DNA of 64,000 bases from Podarcis filfolensis (lineage: Eukaryota). The stretch is taken from NCBI GenBank assembly GCA_964270895.1, contig OZ185440.1. One strand, 5' to 3'. Every line of letters starts with the position of its first letter. Positions within the stretch are counted from its first letter, which is position 1. Below the pieces are notes generated by a model. The model made no database searches, was not told where the DNA came from, and saw only the letters and a list, made by a program, of their open reading frames with translations. Made by a program: the position numbers and the translations under genes. Below are positions 57,101 to 64,000 of the stretch, in pieces.

Positions 57101-59593
57101 TGAACTAATGTTTGTGGCTGAAGCAGTCATTTCTTTCCATCCTGAAGTGCAGCAAGAGATTATATGAGTGCACATGCAGATGGTGTGTCATGCTCTGTAA
57201 ATAGATGGCATATGTATGTTTGTGCAGAATGGTGTCCCATATGTTTTCGTGTTGTGAATGCACATACTTGTTAGCAGCATATGAATGTTTGAGCAGTAAG
57301 TTTAGATTAGGCATAACAGTTTCCTGAATTGTGTATGCATGGTGCTGGGATATTTCATCTTGCTGGGTGGTTCAGTTAGATATTCTACCTTGAAGGTTCA
57401 TTTTAATATGTTGTAGCTAGCCTAAGCCTTCAGGTGCAGGGGGGAAATAGAAGGAAGTCAATAACAGAGTAATAATTGCACATTTTATGGATGCTAAAGT
57501 ATGCTTGCATTTTATGTGAGATGGATTTGTGGGTTTCTGTCATCAATATTATTGCCATTGGTTGTTGTGAGGATAAAATGGAGAGAGGAAAAATCATGTA
57601 CCCCACCTTGAGCTCCTTGGAGGAAAAGGTAGGATAGAAATGCAATAAAATAAATATATAATAAATATGCAGAATTCCCCTCTGAAATGTTGCTCTCATA
57701 CTGTTTTAATTTTTAAAATATTGTTGTTGCTTCTCAGGTAAAAATGGTGAATTAAGTGTTGCGATGATGGGCACTGACTGCAAAGTGCTGCTTATGCTAG
57801 CAGAGGGCTATAATACTGATTTCATTGCTCTTGCGGCGGCAGCGCCAGGCTGACTGTAAATCCCAACAGGTGCACCCCTGCCAAAATACAGCGACTGGCA
57901 GGCCCTTCCCATTCCTTTATACTGATAGTCCTTACCTGCAATGTACAACCACTGGCCCAGCATCAGGGGGGTTGCAGGCTTTCACTCTTCTCAGGAAGGC
58001 TAAGATTGGGGTAGGGTACTCTGGCACCCCATGGTCAGGCCAAGCCATAAACTGGAACTGCCGCAGCTCCCGCTTTTCACTGGACCCATTCTATGGAAGA
58101 AGCCAAAATATGCCAGCTAGTGGTGGTGCAGTGGACAGTGGGCTTTTTCTCTGGTTTAGAAATCCCATGCCTCAGACACTTCAGGGCCCAGGATTACTGT
58201 ACACCAGGGATGGGAAACCCTTTGTTTCAGCCCAAGGGCAACACTGCCTCATGGCCACAGCCCTATGGTGGGTGGGCCAAAACGGATGGATGACAAAAGC
58301 TCTCTTCAATTGGTAAAATTTCAATGGGTCTTTTTTGGGTGGGGAAACAACAGGGATGCGTGTGCTACATTAGCCCCATCATCATTTTGCCTTCCAACTT
58401 GTGGAAGAGGACTGTGTGAAGTAAGTAGCCTTTTGTGACTGTAGATGCTCCCTGCATGTTGTACAGCCACATTCTGAACATCTGGAGAGGACTATACTCT
58501 CAAGTGTTCACACACACACAGCAGATACATACTACCATCTTACATGGCACACACATATGTTAATACTCACCTCCCCCCACCCTACAAGTAATTAGGCTTG
58601 GGGGAAAAGCCTAATTCCCAGAGGGGAAAGAGGCAACCTTTATGGTGATTGCAGATTGGGAGGGGACAGTTAATTCTTCCCTCCCCAGCCGCAATCTCAA
58701 CAAAGATTGCTCTTGGAAACAGCCTCTCATTTGAGCCAATAGAAGGCTGCTTTCTGTGGGGAGGGGGGAACTTTGGGTGGTGGGGCCTCAGTACATGGGA
58801 AAGGGAGGGTTAATTCTTTCCTCTCTAACTCTGCACACTCATGCCCCCCCCATTAAGGCTTCAAAACAGACTATTGTCTGCTCAGACGAAAGGCTGTTTC
58901 AAGCCCAATTGCTGCTGGGTGTGTGTGTGTGACACTGAAGAGGGAGGCTGTGGGTTAGATTTGGAGGCTTCAGGGCTGCACGCGGTACCTGGCTGGTGGT
59001 TCCTCATTCATTCCATACACTTCCTTTCACAATATGTTCACAATCTGTTCTGTTCTATTTTTGTTTCATGCTGAATTTTTGGCTGCCCACTGTGATTTGT
59101 TGTTTGCTGTATTTTATCAACTCCTTTGAGAGCCAGGGCTAATAGCTGTATAGATAGACAGCATTCCTCAGGCCATTCTAACCTTCAGGTTAGTTCACCA
59201 GCACATTGAGAACACATGGCTTGGCCTTCACTGCAAGGCCAAGATGCACAAAGAGTAAGCTCCTTGGCAGAATAAGGCAAGACTGGGCTGGGAGTGAAAT
59301 GTGTGTAGATGGCGCTTCCACTTCAGCCTGTATTTGATGATGGTTTCTCTCACTTCAAGCATCTGTGAAAGAGTCAGTATAACTCTTTGCACTTTCATGT
59401 AACTCTCTGGGAAAGATACTTCCTGGGCGCTCTTGCAAGACCTTGGCTGCCCACACTTTCCTTCCTTCTTTACCTTGTAGAGGGCGAATGTCCGAACTGT
59501 GTACGTGGCAAGTTCAACTGTGTCCAGCAATGTCACCTGGATCAATCCATAGGTCTCTGTACCACGACCTGGCCAGTACTGGTCACACTTCAC
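47281..59593 (-). CDS. PTPRF: Receptor-type tyrosine phosphatase F (LAR), last 9 coding exons (D1 C-terminal half + D2); 5' part outside the window
   Basis: 9 GT-AG exons, 1353 nt = 450 aa + TAA; two [10 protein letters not shown] motifs; EVPARNL...[15 protein letters not shown] and C-terminus [10 protein letters not shown] typical of the LAR family; tandem position upstream of KDM4A favours PTPRF over PTPRS/PTPRD. Confidence 0.95.
48103..48470 (+). mobile_element. RTE-clade (non-BovB) LINE 3' end, antisense in the last PTPRF intron
   Basis: Open frame 48103-48414: [18 protein letters not shown]...WETLA...[20 protein letters not shown], an RTE C-terminus with a C2H2-like finger. Confidence 0.8.
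48683..48818 (-). CDS. PTPRF: PTPRF D2 exon ([12 protein letters not shown]...MVQTE)
   Basis: 136 nt; cag / gtaaac. Confidence 0.95.
49125..49279 (-). CDS. PTPRF: PTPRF D2 exon ([19 protein letters not shown]...TVHCS)
   Basis: 155 nt; tag / gtaagc. Confidence 0.95.
49666..49791 (-). CDS. PTPRF: PTPRF D2 exon ([17 protein letters not shown])
   Basis: 126 nt; cag / gtgagt. Confidence 0.95.
50713..50839 (-). CDS. PTPRF: PTPRF D2 exon ([22 protein letters not shown])
   Basis: 127 nt; cag / gtaagc. Confidence 0.95.
51107..51196 (+). mobile_element. BovB 3' tip, about 90 bp, with TSD
   Basis: Matches the 3' end of the 35130 copy; 9-bp direct repeat actaagaaa at 51098 and 51197. Confidence 0.85.
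53046..53224 (-). CDS. PTPRF: PTPRF D2 exon ([26 protein letters not shown])
   Basis: 179 nt; cag / gtaatg. Confidence 0.95.
54109..54170. repeat. (TG)n(GA)n compound microsatellite
   Basis: Seen directly. Confidence 0.95.
56195..56480 (-). CDS. PTPRF: PTPRF D1 exon ([17 protein letters not shown]...MELEFK)
   Basis: 286 nt; cag / gtgagc. Confidence 0.95.
57560..57655 (+). mobile_element. Squam3/MIR-like SINE 3' part
   Basis: ggttgttgtgaggataaaatgg...ttgagctccttggaggaaaagg...aataaaataaa. Confidence 0.6.
57936..58090 (-). CDS. PTPRF: PTPRF D1 exon ([14 protein letters not shown]...VVHCS)
   Basis: 155 nt; tag / gtaagg; WPD loop intact. Confidence 0.95.
59474..59593 (-). CDS. PTPRF: PTPRF D1 exon ([16 protein letters not shown])
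   Basis: 120 nt; cag / gtaaag. Confidence 0.95.
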
Positions 59594-62381
59594 CTGCAAT
59601 GAGAAAAAGGAAATAATGGGTCAGTGTTTGGGGGTGAAGTTATCAATGGGCTCTACATATGCCCCTAAGATGCCTCAGAGCCTGGTTTTCTCGCCTTACT
59701 CAATTTGCCCCTGCTAGGAGCCAATGGCTGGTGTGGACCCACTCTGAGTAGTGTAGAAATGCAAAACACCTTTACTGTATTTGGCTGAGGCTTACAAAGC
59801 AAGTGGGTATTTTTGTTTGACCCTCTACTTCGTTCTGCAAAAGGCCAGTAATACTGGATGGTCTGGTAGGAAACAAGGAAAGACAAGATACTTGGTGCTC
59901 AAAGGTAGGAATAAGGAGCAAGAATGTTAATGGGCAAGGGGAGTGCAACAGAGAGAAATGGTCTATTCAAAAGCAATTTCTTCCCCTGTAATTTTCTGTC
60001 CTTTCCCTGCTCTTTGAGAAGATTGGTGTCTGTAGACAAATGTACTGATCTTTCCTCCCCCTCAGTGGTGAATGTGGGAAGCCTGGCCACAGTCTATCAT
60101 CCTCTGCTTGGGAATCTGCCAGGGTTCCTGCCATGACGGTCACTGGCAATGTCCTCTCCAGGAGACAGCAGGTGGGGAGAAGATCCTCTAAGTGGGGACG
60201 GAGTAGTAGATTCTTGAAGGGCAACTGAGACAGCCAGTTTGAACCAAAAAAAAGTCTAGCAAGAGAAAAGAGTCAAACGGAGCCACAGAATGGACATTTG
60301 GGGGGTTTTATATTGAGCTTCTCCAGGCCCCGAAGAAATGCCTGTGTATGCCTGCTAGAAGGAGCCCCTCTAAAGGATAGCTGAAAATGCTGCTCTCTGC
60401 TGAAGTAGGATTGGGCTGCTTTGCTGGGAAGGTGCCAATATGTGAGAGATGCATCAAGCTATGAAGCATATTTTCATCTAGTTCTCTCTCTTTGTCAAAG
60501 CCCAAGACCTGGAAGTGTACTTCCTGTCTATAACTGCGCTGTGGACAGTCCACACAGCAAGGATGAATTTTCCCACTCCCATTTGACTAAGATGCATTAG
60601 TGGGAAGCACTAACATGTTTTCCTGGATGTAAATTGCTCTCTGTATAGGCTTGCTTCTCTATTCCATGGTGGAGAGAGGTGGCAGGGAAGATGTCTTGTA
60701 CCTTTGCCCAAATCTTCCATATTTTAAAAACTAAATTCCATGTGTGTCTGCTGCTATTCCTCTCCACCTCCTGCTTCACCTATCCACCCATCCGTCCCTT
60801 GTACTCTGCTTCCTATTCTGCCTCTCCCTATTTCTCCTTCCCAACTAAAGCCTGGCTACAACAGAACCTCTACAAGGGAGAATGAATGAGGATCATCTGG
60901 ACCTGTCAAGTAATGGTAAGCTCAATTATTAGCTGTGTGTGTTTCTAGGGAATGGAGGACATGGAACAACACCCTAATTAGAAGTCATTGGTGTTCCGCC
61001 TGTTAATTGAGGATATTTTAATGGGTGGGCTTAGTAAACATTCCTAGATAAGAGATTTAAGTGCACCCTAGAACTGCTGGGGTGCAACTTCTTCTACTTC
61101 AGAATCACTGCTTAAGGTCAGAAGCAACTTCCTGGGCAGTTGGGGAAGTCTGTAGAAGAGCTGCAGGTCGCTGAGATCCTGGTTCTCCTGAGGTCACAGA
61201 AGTATGTGCTCAAGAAGGAAGGTCTGTTGTCTGGCTTACTGGTAAGCTGCCTCACCCAAGTGATAGCTAATATAGCAAATGGCAGCGCAGACCTGGCTGT
61301 GTCCAGCAGACCTGGCTTCTTTAGCAAATGTCACCCTTTTCCTGACCAACTCTGGGGAGACTACAGTGTTTATGTTCAAACACAAAACAAACTTTCAAGT
61401 ACTCTATCCTAGGGTTTAATAGCAAAGCCCAAACTGGTAATTGAAAATTATTTATTCATGACCAGATAAGAGTCACTCACATTTTCTGCCAAATTTACTC
61501 ATAATGTTTATGCCCCATTTTCAAGCTCTGTAAATTTTATGCTGAAGCTGATGCACGATGGCACTAAACCAGATAAGAGAGTCTTTCTTCTGGCATCACT
61601 CGCTTCTCATTAATGTCACGAACACGCTTACAACCTGGAAATTCATTTACTGCTGGGAGTGCCCAGTGACTCCCTCAGTTGCTGGGAAAATAAGGAGACC
61701 CTCTTAATAAAAGTGCTACAAAGGAAGAACAGCTGGTTTAGAATATATCTTTACCAGGCAGGCCACATTCCCAAGACCCACTGTCTGCAAAATGGGATGA
61801 GAGGTCTCTAATATACCTGGGCTTCAGGGCACTTTCTATTGAGCGGTGCAGAAACTGGGAGAGTGCAAGGAAAGTTTCCTATGGAAAAGGCAGTCTGGGC
61901 CAGTTCCCCAGAACACACAGGGCCCTGGAGACTCACATATTGCTGATTCTGCTGCCAACTGCAAAAGCTTTGGAGGCAGTGAATGAATATGCTTTTATAT
62001 AGTATGCAAACATGAAAGGTGAGGATGATATGTACCAGCAAGCTGCCAGGCCCTGCAGGTCATAACAAGGCACCAAATAGATACCCCCCTCCGTATTGCT
62101 TGCCCTTCAGAAGATGTGGAAACCTTTTGAAGCATTGAGCTCCCCAAATCCACGAGGTCAAAGTCCAGAGCAACAATACCCACACACAGCATTGCTGCTG
62201 GGCCTGTGAAAGTGCTACCTGCTAGCACTCATCTGAAACCGCTCTCAAAGGTCCTAGGCTGGGAGACAGCTTGGAGATAAGAAAAGGGGCAAGCTTGAGC
62301 AAGCACGGAAAAAGACAGAGAGATGTTAAAAGTGAACCCTTTCACTTGGAGAATCCCCAAGAGCTAGTCTAGCATTTAGAT

Positions 62382-62517
62382 CACACATAGGCAAACTTTG
62401 CCCTCCAGATGTTTTGGGACTAAAACTCCCATCATCCCTGGCTAACAGGACCAGTGGTCAGGGATGATGGGAGTTGTAGTCCCAAAACAGCTGGAGGGCC
62501 AAGTTTGCCTATGCCTG
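62382..62517. mobile_element. hAT-type palindromic MITE
   Basis: Near-palindromic arms cataggcaaact...agtttgcctatg; 8-bp TSD atttagat / gtttagat. Confidence 0.88.
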
Positions 62518-64000
62518 GTTTAGATCAGTCTTTTACTCCCACCCATCAGGTACCTGTTTGTCTGATTCCACCCTGAAGCTACTATGACTACTTAATTGAC
62601 GGTTCCCTTGATGTGGGTACATCATATCTGTGACTGGTAGTAAGGCAGGCTTTTAAAGAGTAGTGGTATGAACTCAGTTCAATGCAGAGGAACAAGTGTG
62701 TCAGTGAATCTTCCCCACCCACCATACTTGGCTGGATGGTATGCTAACTCAATGAAGTATGTCACCTTGAGGGTACTACTGCATCCTCCATTTCATAGGA
62801 AGTAATTAGGAGGGGGAGGAGGGAAGCGTGCTACTAGGAGATAATGTGCATCTCAACAAGAAGCAAGGCAGGACAGAGACAAGTGCCCAAAGGGCCTTAC
62901 AGAACATGTTATCTTGGAGAAACACACTGTGTGGAGCATCTTCTGAAAGCTGGACAGCCCCAAAACAAAGCAAACTGGACTTTGGATATTCATTTATTCT
63001 GACAGACAAAAAGGGGTCATTTCATGTTTACCTTAAATGCAAGCACTATTCTAAAACTGAAAAGCCTGTATTGGAGTTCCATGGCCCAGTTAATAACCAC
63101 AGACAAATATTGTGTCTGCTGCTTAAATGCAAGCACATGGAGGCACGTCTACTTGGCAAACTGTTTGTGCAAACTAACTCCCAACCTATTCTCGCAATTT
63201 TAGCTCTCTCAAGACAAACGTGAAGGAGAAGAATTGCATTGGAGTGGTGGTGGGGAACTGCTTCATGCACAAAGTTGCTTGGCACACAAAGTTGCCGCCA
63301 CTTTGGTATGCTTGCAGCAGCCACTACCTGCCCCAGAAAACTAGGTTAGCTTTAAGTTCATAAACACTTTCAGACCCAACCTATTCCCTACCTCTGCTTT
63401 TTTCTAGAATGAACACAGTGCAACAGCCCCCTGTCCTCCTCTTCCCTATTGTATCCGTTTTCTGTATATGGCAATATTTGGGGTGACTGCATATCACTCT
63501 GGTTGCCCTACCCACAAAAAGGGACATTATAGAACAGCAGCTGGTACAGAAAAGGATAAGAAAATACAACAGGTCAATCATCCTTGTGGAAAAAGGTTTT
63601 GAGGGTTATTTAGCTTTGGGGGAAAAACATTACTGAGGAGGGGCTGGATAGAGATCAAGAATGGTATAGAAAGAATAATAAGGGGAAATTGTCATAAACC
63701 TTGAGGCTATTCATTGAAATTAAAACGAATGGTTTTTTAGTTAAACAAACTTCGCTACAGAATGCATGATTAACTTCGCTGCAGAATGCTGTTATGCAGC
63801 TAGAACAAATTGTTTTCAAATCAGGCTAGATAAAATATGGGAAGGAAAGAAACATAAATGGCCACTACGTCAGATGGTGGGAGAATAGCAACAGAGAACA
63901 GATTCTCATTCTCATTCCTAATTTGTAAAAATGTCTATTATATCTGGGGGTGGGGGCAGTGTCAGGAAGTCAACTATATGGACCACTGGTCTGATCCAGC

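Noticed and set aside
57825-58316. 163-aa plus-strand ORF
   Set aside because: Overlaps a PTPRF exon on the opposite strand; no domain signal.
59600-64000. Search for the preceding PTPRF D1 exon (NAYIATQGP...EEKSR)
   Set aside because: Not found by eye; ORFs at 59967-60224 and 61995-62228 do not resemble LAR, so the exon is probably beyond the window.
1-64000. Prokaryotic-type systems (CRISPR, defence islands, operons), rRNA, non-canonical introns
   Set aside because: Intron-rich vertebrate DNA; no regular repeat-spacer arrays or rRNA-like sequence, and all reconstructed introns are GT-AG with U2-type donors.

Overview
Vertebrate genomic DNA from a squamate reptile, probably a lacertid lizard (inferred from Sauria SINEs with (ACCTTT)n tails and BovB LINEs). 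Two genes lie on the minus strand in tandem. KDM4A (H3K9/H3K36 demethylase): 19 coding exons reconstructed by hand between 19337 and 81, all GT-AG and phase-consistent, 2925 nt = 975 codons. It has a CpG-island promoter at about 20.1-21.3 kb, and its last exons lie left of the window. PTPRF (LAR phosphatase): the last 9 coding exons (59593 to 47281, 450 aa + stop, end of D1 and all of D2), with a 3' UTR to about 45800. The ~24 kb between the genes and the introns hold many retro- and DNA-transposon relics. The most notable are an internally deleted chromodomain-bearing Gypsy element with TSD, and a Penelope-like palindrome whose loop is a decayed minimal hammerhead ribozyme. Others are a SINE inserted beside a KDM4A splice donor, a nested palindrome of unknown origin, uORFs in the inferred KDM4A leader, and a perfect RFX X-box in the PTPRF 3' UTR. 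I found no CRISPR array, rRNA, tRNA gene or convincing new protein-coding system. All family assignments come from pattern recognition, not database searches.
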